Source of the DNA: an uncultured virus (IMG/VR IMGVR_UViG_3300037137_003071)
Lineage: Duplodnaviria; Heunggongvirae; Uroviricota; Caudoviricetes
DNA length: 64,000 nucleotides
Reading direction: 5' to 3' (one strand)
Virus record (IMG/VR): IMGVR_UViG_3300037137_003071
The translations under genes and the position numbers were made by a program. This document shows positions 9,935 through 19,870 of the stretch, piece by piece (within the stretch, counting starts at the first letter, position 1; every line of letters starts with the position of its first letter). The notes under the pieces are model-generated. The model ran no database searches. It was not told the DNA's origin and was given only the letters and a program-made list of their open reading frames with translations.

Positions 9935-10905
9935 AGACAGTCCTCGTCACCGGAGCCGCCGGTTTCGTCGGCTCTCACTTCGCGCGTGCGGCACACGACG
10001 CGGGGCTTCACGTCGTCGCAATCGACGACCTCTCGACGTCTCAGCGATGGCCGCGGCTGCCCGATGCAATCGATCGCGTCCAGGCCGACGTCGGTGACCG
10101 TGCCCTCGTCACGCAGCTCGTCGCCGATCGCGACGTCGACGCGATCGTCCACTTCGCGGGACGGATCCGCGTCGACGAGTCGGTCCGCGATCCCGCGCTC
10201 TACTTCGATCAGAACCTCGCGCGGACGATCACGCTGCTCGACGCCGCGACGTCCGTGGGCAAGCAGCTCTCCTTCATCTTGTCGTCGAGCGCCGCGGTGT
10301 ACGGGCAGCCCGAGCGGTCGCCGATCGTCGAGCTGGCACAAACACGTCCGATCAATCCGTACGGGGCAAGCAAGCTCGCCGCCGAGATCGTGCTTGAGGC
10401 GTACGGGCGCGCGCGCGGAGTTCGGTGGGCCGCGCTGCGCTACTTCAACGCGGCCGGCGCCCACCCGGACGGATCCCTGCGCGAGAGGCACGACCCGGAG
10501 ACGCATCTCGTGCCGCTCGCGATCGACGCCGCGCTCGGCACGCGCCCCGCCCTGGTGGTGCACGGTAGTGACTACGCGACGCGCGACGGCACGTGCGAGC
10601 GCGACTACGTCCACGTGATGGACCTCGCCGAGGCCCACCTCTCCGCGCTGGAGGCCCTCGGTCGCGGCGTTGCCGTTGGCGCGGTGAACCTCGGCTCGGA
10701 GCGTGGATTCACGGTGCGCGAGGTCCTCGCCGAGGTCTCCACCGCCGTCGGGCGGCAAGTCCCGCACACGGTCGGTCCCCGGCGCGAGGGTGATCCGCCC
10801 AGGCTCGTCGCGTCCTCAGGGCTTGCCAACGAGACGCTCGGCTGGTGCCCGCGCCGTGGCCTGCCTGAGATCGTCGTCGACGCGCTGCGGGGGCGCCGCG
10901 TGTGA
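9931..10905 (+). CDS. galE: UDP-glucose 4-epimerase
   Basis: TGAAGFVGSH, SSSAAVYG, YGASK, LRYFNAAGA, ETHLVP, RDYVHVMDLA motifs. Confidence 0.92.
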   Translation: MKTVLVTGAAGFVGSHFARAAHDAGLHVVAIDDLSTSQRWPRLPDAIDRVQADVGDRALVTQLVADRDVDAIVHFAGRIRVDESVRDPALYFDQNLARTITLLDAATSVGKQLSFILSSSAAVYGQPERSPIVELAQTRPINPYGASKLAAEIVLEAYGRARGVRWAALRYFNAAGAHPDGSLRERHDPETHLVPLAIDAALGTRPALVVHGSDYATRDGTCERDYVHVMDLAEAHLSALEALGRGVAVGAVNLGSERGFTVREVLAEVSTAVGRQVPHTVGPRREGDPPRLVASSGLANETLGWCPRRGLPEIVVDALRGRRV

Positions 10906-11018
10906 CCCAGATCTGCAAATTCTACATTCTTCCGTGGGAATGATAAGATCTGGCCCGTGCCCTGAGACGCGGCGCCCCCCGCTTCGTTCTTGAGACGTTC
11001 CTGCGACTTGGAGACTTC

Positions 11019-12566
11019 ATGGCGACCAGCATCAGCAAGGACATCTTGAACAACGAGGCCAACGCGCGCTTCTGGGCGCAGACGGGCTACAAGCCAAAGC
11101 AGAAGCTCGATCCGAACAATCCGACGGACAGAGCGATGATGCCGGTCTGGATGGGCATCTTCCGCAAGGTGCAAGAGCAGGCCGACGCCGGCACGCTCGT
11201 CACCACGTACGATCATCCCGAGGTCGATCAGCACCTCTCCGACGCCGCGGTCGCGCTCAAGGCCGCGGCGGCGCACGCCGACATGGCGGCGGCGGCACCC
11301 GACGCGGCCACGGCGCAGGAGAACATCATCGCTGCGACGACCGCGACGCAGATCTCCGATCAGAAGGCCCGCGAGGCGGCGGCGAAGCAGCCACCGACGG
11401 TTTCGCCGAAGCTAGTGAACGAGGCAAAGAAGGAAGCGGCCAAGTCGCCGCCGCCTCCACAAGCCTCGTCGAGCGATCACATCGCGCATGCGCAGACGCA
11501 GAACGGACAGTTTCTTCGTCCCGAAGAGGATCCATGGGACGCGCGCTACGTGCCGAAGTCCAAGTCGCCACGTGAGCAACCGCCTGCACGACCGTCGAGG
11601 CAACCACACGCAGGCCCACCGCACGAGGCGCTCTACAAGGAGACGAACGCACGGTTCTGGGCGCAGACGCACTACAAGCCCAACCAGCGGCTCGACATGT
11701 CCGTCCCGAAGGACCGCGAGATGGCGAAGACCTGGATGGAGATCTTCCACCAGATACAGCGCGAGGCCGATGCCGGCACGCTCGTGTTCACGAGCCCGGA
11801 GCTGGCTCCGCCGCAGGCGCCGCTGCCGCCGCAGGTGCCGCCGATGCCGCAGGCACCGATGCCGCCGCAGGTGGTGCCGATGCCGCCGCAGGGGCAGGGG
11901 CCGATGCAGCCGTATCCGCCGATGCAGCCGTATCCGTATCCGCCGATGGGTCCGCGTCCGATGCAGCCGTATCCGTATCCGTATCCGCCGATGGGTCCGC
12001 GTCCGCCGATGGGTCCGATGGGTCCGGGACCGATGGGCCCGCGTCCACCGATGGGTCCGAACGGTCACGAGCGGGGCCGCGAGCACGATCACGAGCGGCA
12101 CAGGCATGGACGCGGACAGCCGCGCCGACCGATGGACCCGATGGGCCCGATGGGACCGTCGATGCCCGTCTCGGCACCTGCGGGCGGGCCGGGGGCTCCG
12201 CCGCCAGGTCCAGGCGCGCCGGCACCGGGGGATCTTGGTGCTCCCTCGGGAACGCCGCCTCCGCCGTCGGAGGGTGCTCAGAGCACTCCAAGCACGCCCT
12301 CAGGCACACCGTCGGGAACATCGGAGACCGGGGCTCCACCGTCGGAGCCGTCTTCGATCGGGAAGTACCTCGCGATCGGCGTAGCGGTCATCGCGGGGGG
12401 AGGACTGATCTACTACGCGACGACGCGCAAGTCGTCGTCGAAGTCGTCACCGCGCGCCCGCATGGCCACGCCGACGCGCGCGCCTTCAGCTCGGGCGTTT
12501 CCAGCAAGCTCGTTTCCAGCAAGCTCGGAACCGGCGCTTCCCTCCGCTCGCGGATCGAGGTCCTGA
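11019..12566 (+). CDS. Pro-rich membrane-anchored protein with two tandem N-terminal domains
   Basis: Duplicated ExNARFWAQTxYKP...ADAGTLV domain, PPMGP repeats, C-terminal TM plus basic tail. Confidence 0.75.
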   Translation: MATSISKDILNNEANARFWAQTGYKPKQKLDPNNPTDRAMMPVWMGIFRKVQEQADAGTLVTTYDHPEVDQHLSDAAVALKAAAAHADMAAAAPDAATAQENIIAATTATQISDQKAREAAAKQPPTVSPKLVNEAKKEAAKSPPPPQASSSDHIAHAQTQNGQFLRPEEDPWDARYVPKSKSPREQPPARPSRQPHAGPPHEALYKETNARFWAQTHYKPNQRLDMSVPKDREMAKTWMEIFHQIQREADAGTLVFTSPELAPPQAPLPPQVPPMPQAPMPPQVVPMPPQGQGPMQPYPPMQPYPYPPMGPRPMQPYPYPYPPMGPRPPMGPMGPGPMGPRPPMGPNGHERGREHDHERHRHGRGQPRRPMDPMGPMGPSMPVSAPAGGPGAPPPGPGAPAPGDLGAPSGTPPPPSEGAQSTPSTPSGTPSGTSETGAPPSEPSSIGKYLAIGVAVIAGGGLIYYATTRKSSSKSSPRARMATPTRAPSARAFPASSFPASSEPALPSARGSRS

Positions 12567-12569
12567 CGA

Positions 12570-13547
12570 ATGCGCAATCCAAAGCTCAGCGTGCCACGCC
12601 CCGTCGAGGAAAGCGCTCCTCGTCCCGTCGAGGATCTTTACCCGAGCAACGCCCCGCGTTTCGCTCGCGAACTTCACGTCGAGCCGCTCTACCCAGGCAA
12701 CGGGCTTCCTCCGCGCCCCGGCGAAGATCGCCCGGGCCTGTCGCCCTTCGGGCGGCTCGCGATGGGGCAGTGCCTCGGGAAGTCGACGATTCTGATCTAC
12801 GACCACCACGCGGACGACGTGCAGTCGTCTCTGAACGACATGATCGTCATCGAGGGTGACGACCTCGATGCACAACAGCTGATCCTGACGCTGCATCCTC
12901 CGCGCGTGATCCCGCTTTCGTTCGACGAGATCAGCGCGCGCCTCGACCAGCAGAACCTCACGGGTGAGCAGACCAACGCGGAGGTCACGCCGTGCGACTT
13001 CCCCGGGACCGATCATTCGATCCGGTGGCCGCCGCTCGAGGCAATGATCGAGTTCGGCGTCGGCGGCGTGGGCACGAAGGTCATCGTCGACTACATGAAC
13101 GGCGTGACGCTCTCGGTGAGCGCGTCGTACTTGCGTGTGAGCGCACTGGTCTCGCAGAGCAAGTGCACCGGCGACATCATCGGCACGAGCGCCGCGTACT
13201 ATCTCGCGGCGCACGTTGGTCCGGGCTTCGCCGAATCCCACGCACAGCGCACGATCTTCGTGGGGGACGTCGACGACCACGACGACAGCGAGGTGCTCGA
13301 TGTTCCGAGGTTGGCCAAGATCGCCACCCTCATCGGGTGCCGGAGTCGCCACCACCGCTCCCCGACGCTCACGATCGGGTGGATTCGCTTCTGGCAGGAT
13401 CCCAAGGGCAAGCACTGTGTGGGAGACTTCTTCGTGTCCGACCACCAGTCGCGCGTCGAGGTCCCCAACGCCGCGCAATACTTCAGCGTGTTCAACGAGT
13501 CGGGGCATAAAATGAAGATGGCGGTCATCTTCGAGCTGGCGCTCTGA
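12570..13547 (+). CDS. Hypothetical beta-rich protein
   Basis: 325 aa ORF in operon context. Confidence 0.65.
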   Translation: MRNPKLSVPRPVEESAPRPVEDLYPSNAPRFARELHVEPLYPGNGLPPRPGEDRPGLSPFGRLAMGQCLGKSTILIYDHHADDVQSSLNDMIVIEGDDLDAQQLILTLHPPRVIPLSFDEISARLDQQNLTGEQTNAEVTPCDFPGTDHSIRWPPLEAMIEFGVGGVGTKVIVDYMNGVTLSVSASYLRVSALVSQSKCTGDIIGTSAAYYLAAHVGPGFAESHAQRTIFVGDVDDHDDSEVLDVPRLAKIATLIGCRSRHHRSPTLTIGWIRFWQDPKGKHCVGDFFVSDHQSRVEVPNAAQYFSVFNESGHKMKMAVIFELAL

Positions 13548-13576
13548 CCAGGCATCCACTAGGAAAGGAAACCAAG

Positions 13577-14728
13577 ATGGCAGAGACGACCTTGCTCCGT
13601 AGTTCCGCGATCGTTCGCAACGCGACCGTTGCACCCCCTCAGCACGGCCCGGTGAAGACTGGCGCGCTTCCGCTGGTGCAGGTGCGGATGTCGCCTGGAG
13701 GGCCCCAGGTCCAGGACGGTCAGCAGAAGGCGGTCGTGATCCTGCCGCCACGCGACGCGAAGTCTGCTGTCGCGATTGGCGGTTTGCCGATGGTGCAGGT
13801 GAAGATGACCCAGAACGGCCCGCAGATTGACGACGGCCGCGACCAGCCAGTCTTGATCAAGAACGGCAAGCAGCAAGGCTCCGCCAACGCGGGCGGTCTG
13901 CCGATGGTCCAGGTGAGGATGGATGGCGGGAAACCGCAGGTCCAGACGATCCCGAACGTCCAGGGAGGACCACCGCGGATCCCGGCCGCTCTCCCGGCGC
14001 TGAGCCAGCAGCGCGGCACTCCCGTCGCTCGCCAGGGATACGTCGCGCGCGTCGCCGCTCCCACTGCGAACCAGGGGACCGTCGCTCGCATCGCGGCGCC
14101 ACAGGCACCACTGCCGCAGGCGGTGTTGCCGTCGGTGCCGGAGATGTCGACCGATCAGCTGATGCTCTGCCATCACCGCGTCACCGCCTACCTCAACGAT
14201 CTCGTCGCCGCCGACCATCCGACCGAGCCGCCTACCGAGGCGCGCGTCGAGTCCGACATCGTCAAGCTCGCCAGGGAGACGATCGCCAACATCGACGAAA
14301 TTCTGGTCGCGACGGCGGTGCGGGACGAGGCGGTGGCCCTGGCCGCGGCAGCAGCGCAAGCCGCTCCAGCCGTCGCCGCGGTTCCGTCCACGCAGTCGTT
14401 CGCGGCGGCGACCTCGATCGCGCCGACGCCGTCGGCTTCGTACGTCGCTGGTCGCGTGACTCGGCCGCAGCAAGGGTACACCGGCGGTGTGCGATCGCAG
14501 CGCAACTCGGGGATGGCCCCGCGGCGCGTGGTACGGTCGGGCCCTCCGCTGCCGCCCGTGATCGTGAAGATGGACGGTCGACAGCCGGTCGTGCAGAGCG
14601 CTCCGGTGCCGCCTCCCGCCCCCGAGCCCGTGGCGGAGGAGGTGGTGGTGGAGGTGATGATGGCGCAGCCGCCCTCGGCGGACGCGACCTCGTCGACTGC
14701 ACCGAACGCGACCGACGCGCAGGGCTAA
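13577..14728 (+). CDS. Hypothetical protein with LPMVQVxM-x2-G-x-PQ repeats
   Basis: AGGA-rich RBS; three to four copies of the repeat. Confidence 0.65.
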   Translation: MAETTLLRSSAIVRNATVAPPQHGPVKTGALPLVQVRMSPGGPQVQDGQQKAVVILPPRDAKSAVAIGGLPMVQVKMTQNGPQIDDGRDQPVLIKNGKQQGSANAGGLPMVQVRMDGGKPQVQTIPNVQGGPPRIPAALPALSQQRGTPVARQGYVARVAAPTANQGTVARIAAPQAPLPQAVLPSVPEMSTDQLMLCHHRVTAYLNDLVAADHPTEPPTEARVESDIVKLARETIANIDEILVATAVRDEAVALAAAAAQAAPAVAAVPSTQSFAAATSIAPTPSASYVAGRVTRPQQGYTGGVRSQRNSGMAPRRVVRSGPPLPPVIVKMDGRQPVVQSAPVPPPAPEPVAEEVVVEVMMAQPPSADATSSTAPNATDAQG

Positions 14729-14731
14729 GCC

Positions 14732-15715
14732 GTGCGCGACGGCGGTCGGATCGTTGGAGCAGCGATCGGCGCTGGCGCGATCGCCGGCGTCGTGTTCCTG
14801 CTCGTTCGATCGCGCTCGGCGTCGGCTGCGACCCTTGACTCGCGCCAGCGAACGCCCGAGGAGCCTCCAGCCTCGCCGCCTGCTCCGCAAGGGCCCTCAG
14901 CTCCGAGTGTGGCACCCCCGACCGTCGAGGCGTGGCGATCGTACGTGCGAAAGCTTGCTCCCGCGTTCGGGCTCGGCGGACCTGGATGGGAGGCGTTCAT
15001 CATGCAGTACATCACGATGGAGTCGGGTGGTCGGCCGTGCTCCGTCGGGTTCCCTGGTGAGCTCGACGAGACGAAGACCTGGCCGTCTGAGTCGGGGATC
15101 GGGCAGTTCATGTCCCCGCACGATCTTCGCCTCGCCGGTACGACTGCTGCGGAAATGCGGTCCGCGTGCTCCGCGGAGGTCGTGTTCCCCGGACTCTCTC
15201 GCGCGTCGCCCGGGCCGCAGATCGCCGCGGCGCGCGCGAAGGCCGAGGCGCAGGTCCGCCCACTCACCGAGGACGAGAAGACGCGTCAGGTCGTTGCGCT
15301 CCTGACGTTCCTCTCCAACATCGCGCGGATCGTGGACAAGAGCTTCGCCGAGCATGGCGTGTCGTGGCCCAAGACGAATGCGGACTACCTCGCGATGATC
15401 AAGGGCTACCACGCAGGGCAGTCGTTCCCAACGGCTGGCGTCGCGGCGGCCAAGCGTGCTCTCGGTCATCCGCCGCGCACGTGGGGCGAGTTCGCGAGCG
15501 GCTACCTGTCGACGATCACCGACGCGAACGTTCGCGCGCGGCACGCGCACGCGCTCGACAACGCCCGCCGCGCGGGCGCTGGGTCGGGCTTGCCGTGGAT
15601 CGAGCAGCCGTCGAGCATGGTGAGCGGTTCGAGCATGAGGCTGGCGGTCGGTCCACGTAAGTCGACGGCCAGAGCCGCGAGGCTCGCGTCGTGGGGAAGC
15701 TACGCGTGGCGGTGA
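14732..15715 (+). CDS. Membrane-anchored lytic transglycosylase (SLT)-like muramidase
   Basis: N-terminal TM; MESGG, GIGQF and YHAG resemble SLT motifs I-III. Confidence 0.55.
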   Translation: MRDGGRIVGAAIGAGAIAGVVFLLVRSRSASAATLDSRQRTPEEPPASPPAPQGPSAPSVAPPTVEAWRSYVRKLAPAFGLGGPGWEAFIMQYITMESGGRPCSVGFPGELDETKTWPSESGIGQFMSPHDLRLAGTTAAEMRSACSAEVVFPGLSRASPGPQIAAARAKAEAQVRPLTEDEKTRQVVALLTFLSNIARIVDKSFAEHGVSWPKTNADYLAMIKGYHAGQSFPTAGVAAAKRALGHPPRTWGEFASGYLSTITDANVRARHAHALDNARRAGAGSGLPWIEQPSSMVSGSSMRLAVGPRKSTARAARLASWGSYAWR

Positions 15716-15818
15716 AGGAGGTCTCACGCGTTGACCGCGCGTGGGGGATCTTCACGGCACGTACCACTGGTGTTGGTCGCGCGTGGGGCCGCTCGTGGGG
15801 TACCTTCACGTAGACGCG

Positions 15819-17096
15819 ATGAAGGACGTGAAGAACGCCAAAGACCTCATCCCCTGGCGAGTCACTGACATCTCTGTTCGTCCCTACGAGGGCTACTGGT
15901 CGTTCAACCCGTCGATCCATTTCGACGGTGCGCTCTGGCGCTGTGTCCTCCGCTGCTGCGACTACGCGATGCCGGGCGGCGTCACGATTCGCAGCAAGAA
16001 CGCGCGGCCGACTGGCCAGCAGACCAAGAACGCGATGGTCATCCTCGATCCGCAGTCGTGGAAGCCCGTCCAGGTTTTCAAGATGGGCGAGAAGGATGAG
16101 CTGCCGCGGGCGTCGACCCCGCACGTGGGTTACGAGGACATGCGGCTCTTCAAGACGGACAAGGGAGGGCTACAGGGGATCGCGGCGTCGCTTCACCTCA
16201 AGCGTGATCGCCGCATGGTGGAGGGTGGGTTGCAGCATCAGCCCCCCGAGCAGGTGGTGCTCTCGTTCGACGAGAACTACGACATCGTCGCCGCGCGGCC
16301 GATTCGTGGGGACGGCTGGAGCGGCACTCCGCAGAAGAACTGGGTACCGTTCGACCACTGCACGGAGCCGCGCTTTCTGTTCTCGATCGACAAGGGCACG
16401 ATGTTCGATGATCGCGGCACCGTCTCTGGCGATGCAGCGAAGGCCCGCCCGTCGACCAGCGTGCGAGCGGCGCCGTCGCCTGCTCCTCGCGCACCCGCGC
16501 CCTCGCCCGAGGCACCATCGGCACCACCGTCCGCTCCAGCTCCAGCTCCAGCTCCGGCACCGGAAGCTCAAGTGCGGCATCCCACGCGCAAGACGATGAT
16601 CCGCGGCGGGGACGTGCAGATCGTGCGCGGTGGGCGGATCAAGGTCGACACGCTGTCCTCGCGCCCGTCGTCACGCCCGTCGTCGCACCCATCGTCGCGC
16701 CCGGCATCGCGGGCATTCGCGACGCGCAGTGGGAACGACTCCACGCGCGTGATGGGTACGGGACGATCGCTCGGACCGAAGTACAACGGCCTGCGCGGTG
16801 GGACCCAGCTCGTGCGGGTGGGTGACGACGCGTGGCTCGGGATCGGGCACGAGATGACGTTCCTGAGCGGCAAGAAGTATTACTGGCACGTGTTCTATCT
16901 CGTCGACTCGTGCGGCAAGCTGACGGCCGCCAGCGCGCCGCTAAAGCTGGCGCCGAACGGGATCGAGTTCGCGGCGGGCCTCGCGATCGACGGCGATCGT
17001 GTCGTGGTCTCATTCGGCGTCGATGACATGGAGTGTCGGATCGGCGAAACCCAGCTGTCCGCGGTGCTGGAAAAGCTCGTGTCGATCGCGCGGTGA
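15819..17096 (+). CDS. Five-bladed beta-propeller glycosidase/phosphorylase-like protein
   Basis: FNPSI, GYEDMRLF, QKNWVPF, LRGGT, IEFAAGL motifs; Pro/Ser-rich insert. Confidence 0.65.
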   Translation: MKDVKNAKDLIPWRVTDISVRPYEGYWSFNPSIHFDGALWRCVLRCCDYAMPGGVTIRSKNARPTGQQTKNAMVILDPQSWKPVQVFKMGEKDELPRASTPHVGYEDMRLFKTDKGGLQGIAASLHLKRDRRMVEGGLQHQPPEQVVLSFDENYDIVAARPIRGDGWSGTPQKNWVPFDHCTEPRFLFSIDKGTMFDDRGTVSGDAAKARPSTSVRAAPSPAPRAPAPSPEAPSAPPSAPAPAPAPAPEAQVRHPTRKTMIRGGDVQIVRGGRIKVDTLSSRPSSRPSSHPSSRPASRAFATRSGNDSTRVMGTGRSLGPKYNGLRGGTQLVRVGDDAWLGIGHEMTFLSGKKYYWHVFYLVDSCGKLTAASAPLKLAPNGIEFAAGLAIDGDRVVVSFGVDDMECRIGETQLSAVLEKLVSIAR

Positions 17097-18235
17097 ACTT
17101 CGAGGGATCCGTGAAGAGTGTTAGTGATTTCATCCCCTGGAAGGTGACGGACATCTCGCTGCGCCCCTTCAAGGAGCTGTGGTCGTTCAATCCCAGCATC
17201 CACTTCGACGGAGTTCTGTGGCGGTGTACCCTTCGCTGCTCCGATTATGCGATGCCCGACGGCGTCGTGATCAGGAGCAGCAGGGCCCGGCTGGCCGGGG
17301 CGCGGACCAAGAACGCGATGGTCATCTTCGATCCGACCTCGTGGAGACCCGTCGAGATCTACAAGATGCACGAGCATGACGAGCTACCGCGCGCGGCCTG
17401 CGACAGCGTCGGGTACGAGGACATCCGGATCTTCAAGACCGCCAAGGGCGGTCTCCAGGGAATCGCCGCGTCGTTGCACATTCAGCGCGATCGTCTCTCG
17501 ACGCTCGGGAAAGTGCAGAAGCCCCTCGCGGAGCAGGTGCTGCTCTCGTTCAGCGAGGAATACGACATCGTGGATGCGCGTCCGTTCCGTGGCGGCTACG
17601 GGGACGACGCCCCTCAGAAGAACTGGGTGCCGTTCGATCGCTGCGTGGAGCCGCGCTTTCTCTACTCGATCGGGCGCGGAACGATGTTCGACGATCGCGG
17701 GGTCCTCCGCAACGGCGACGCGCTGGTGCGGTCGGCCACGCACGCATACCCCCGGTTCTACGAACCTGACGAAGGCATTCGCGAGCGAGCGAGCGAACGA
17801 GCGAACGAAACCGAGGCCGCACGAAGTCGTGAGCGATCCAAGGAGAAGCGTCGGCGAAGAGAACATGACGAGGCGCCTCGGGGTGGACTTGTTGTGGCTG
17901 TGACAGTGTCGACGTACGAGGGGCTCCGGGGCGGGACCCAGCTCATCCGTGTTGGGGACGACGCCTGGCTCGGCATCGGTCACGAGATGATGTTCGTCGA
18001 GAAGCGCAAATACTACTGGCACGTCTGGTACCTCGTCGATTCGCGGGGCAAGTTGAAGGCTGCGAGCGCTCCGATGAAGTTGGCGCCAAACGGAATCGAG
18101 TTTGCGGCCGGGATGGCGATCGACGGCGATCGGGTCGTGGTTTCGTTCGGCGTCGACGACATGGAGTGCAAGATCGGAGAGACGTCCCTTGCCGCGGTGC
18201 TAGAAAAACTCACCGTTGTGACAGGGGTGCCATAA
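17093..18235 (+). CDS. Beta-propeller glycosidase-like protein (tandem paralog)
   Basis: Same motifs as upstream gene, different charged insert. Confidence 0.65.
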   Translation: MNFEGSVKSVSDFIPWKVTDISLRPFKELWSFNPSIHFDGVLWRCTLRCSDYAMPDGVVIRSSRARLAGARTKNAMVIFDPTSWRPVEIYKMHEHDELPRAACDSVGYEDIRIFKTAKGGLQGIAASLHIQRDRLSTLGKVQKPLAEQVLLSFSEEYDIVDARPFRGGYGDDAPQKNWVPFDRCVEPRFLYSIGRGTMFDDRGVLRNGDALVRSATHAYPRFYEPDEGIRERASERANETEAARSRERSKEKRRRREHDEAPRGGLVVAVTVSTYEGLRGGTQLIRVGDDAWLGIGHEMMFVEKRKYYWHVWYLVDSRGKLKAASAPMKLAPNGIEFAAGMAIDGDRVVVSFGVDDMECKIGETSLAAVLEKLTVVTGVP

Positions 18236-18913
18236 ATGGTGGATACGCTCGCTCTCGCGATGACCACCGCTCCTCGTCGTGAGGTCACGCTCTATCGTGC
18301 GCTCTCCAGTCTGCGCCTGGCGGGTTTTCACGAGGAGGTCCAGCTGTTCGCTGAACCAGAGACGCTCGGCACGGGTGATCGCACTGGGATGGTGGATACC
18401 AGTGTAGCGGTGCACGAGAGCGTGAGCCGCCGCGGCTGCTTCGGAAACTGGAAGCACGCCCTCAAGTGGCTCATCTCGCACACGACCGCTCCTTGGCTGA
18501 TGATCGTCCAGGACGACGCGATCTGGCGACCTGGATCCGCGGACACGCTGCGTGCGCAGATGCGGGGGCGTCAGGATCCTCGCACCGGACTGCTTTCGCC
18601 GTACGCGAGCCCCACGAACGTGAAGAAGGACTTTGTCGACGGCTGGAACGAGTGTCGCGCGGGATGGGACTTCTGGGGTGCGCTCGCGCTCTGCATGAAG
18701 CGCGTGGCTGCTGAAGATCTTCTTCGGCATCCCCGTTTCGTGAAGCACGCGTCACCAAAACAAGTGGACGCGGTCGTCGCCGCGTCAATGCTTGACCTCA
18801 ACCGCCCGAGCTTCGTGCACGTGCCGAGCCTTGTGGATCACATCGGCGACACAAGCACGATCAACAACGACGCCTTGACCCTAGGTCGGCGAGGCTATCG
18901 ATTCGAGCCATGA
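18236..18913 (+). CDS. GT-A fold glycosyltransferase-like protein
   Basis: GCFGNW, IVQDD, PSLVDHIG motifs. Confidence 0.6.
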   Translation: MVDTLALAMTTAPRREVTLYRALSSLRLAGFHEEVQLFAEPETLGTGDRTGMVDTSVAVHESVSRRGCFGNWKHALKWLISHTTAPWLMIVQDDAIWRPGSADTLRAQMRGRQDPRTGLLSPYASPTNVKKDFVDGWNECRAGWDFWGALALCMKRVAAEDLLRHPRFVKHASPKQVDAVVAASMLDLNRPSFVHVPSLVDHIGDTSTINNDALTLGRRGYRFEP

Positions 18914-19866
18914 CGCAGCTTCCTCTTGTCAGCGTTTGCATGGGCACCGCGCAGGTCGATCGGCCACTCCTGCATCGTCGTGAGTCCGTGTACGAGCTGC
19001 TCCGGCTCTCGCTAGCGAACCAGACGTACAAAGGTCCGATCGAGGTCGTCGTGGCCGACGCGATGACGGAGCGCCTGGAGCGCGAGCTCAAGGAGTCGTG
19101 GGGCCGGGCCGAGCGCGTCGTGCTCACCCAGCAAGTACGCCACGACCGCATCGCGATCTCAGCGGCACGCAACACGGCGGCAGTCTACGCGCGGGGCGAT
19201 CTACTCGTGTTTGTCGACGACGCGACCGAGCTGCTGTCGAACTTTGTTGAAGCGGCGGTTGACGTGCACGCGACCGGGAAGATCCCGAGCTGCTTCTTGA
19301 TCATGCTCGATCGACGCGCTCCGCACATCAATCCCACGTGGCGGGAGCAGCAGCATCCGTGTTCTCGCGGAGACGGCGATCTGTGCACGTGGCCCGTGGT
19401 CGGTCACGTGGGAGGTGTGTTCGTGATTTCTCGCGAAGCCTTCTTGAAGTTGAACGGGTTCGACGAGAACTTCGACGGCAACTGGGGCTGCGAAGATCAA
19501 GAATTCTGGGCGCGCGTTGATCGGGCGAAACTCGCTCGCGTTGGACGGTCCGATCTCGGCGCGCTGCGCTGGAAGCATCGCGAGACACCGCCACGGGCCA
19601 GGGTGCGGCGCTGCCGAGAGCTGTACGCGCAGTGGTCGTATCGCTCTACACGGCTCGAAGCGAACCGACGTCTCTCCGACGGAGATCTCGAGCAGCTGCG
19701 GAAGATGAAGTCCTGCGGTTCATCTACGTGCGCGCTCTGTCAAGCGGCCGATCGCAAGCAGCAGATCGAGACCTACCGGACGATTCCAGCGGAGTTCGAC
19801 CTGCGGGCCCTGCACGCCACGTACAGCGCGCGCCCGAGTGGCGTCTACGTGGATCCGTGGAGGTGA
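18910..19866 (+). CDS. Glycosyltransferase family 2
   Basis: LVSV, EVVVAD, AARN, FVDD, GFDENF..WGCED. Confidence 0.8.
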   Translation: MTQLPLVSVCMGTAQVDRPLLHRRESVYELLRLSLANQTYKGPIEVVVADAMTERLERELKESWGRAERVVLTQQVRHDRIAISAARNTAAVYARGDLLVFVDDATELLSNFVEAAVDVHATGKIPSCFLIMLDRRAPHINPTWREQQHPCSRGDGDLCTWPVVGHVGGVFVISREAFLKLNGFDENFDGNWGCEDQEFWARVDRAKLARVGRSDLGALRWKHRETPPRARVRRCRELYAQWSYRSTRLEANRRLSDGDLEQLRKMKSCGSSTCALCQAADRKQQIETYRTIPAEFDLRALHATYSARPSGVYVDPWR

Positions 19867-19870
19867 TCCG

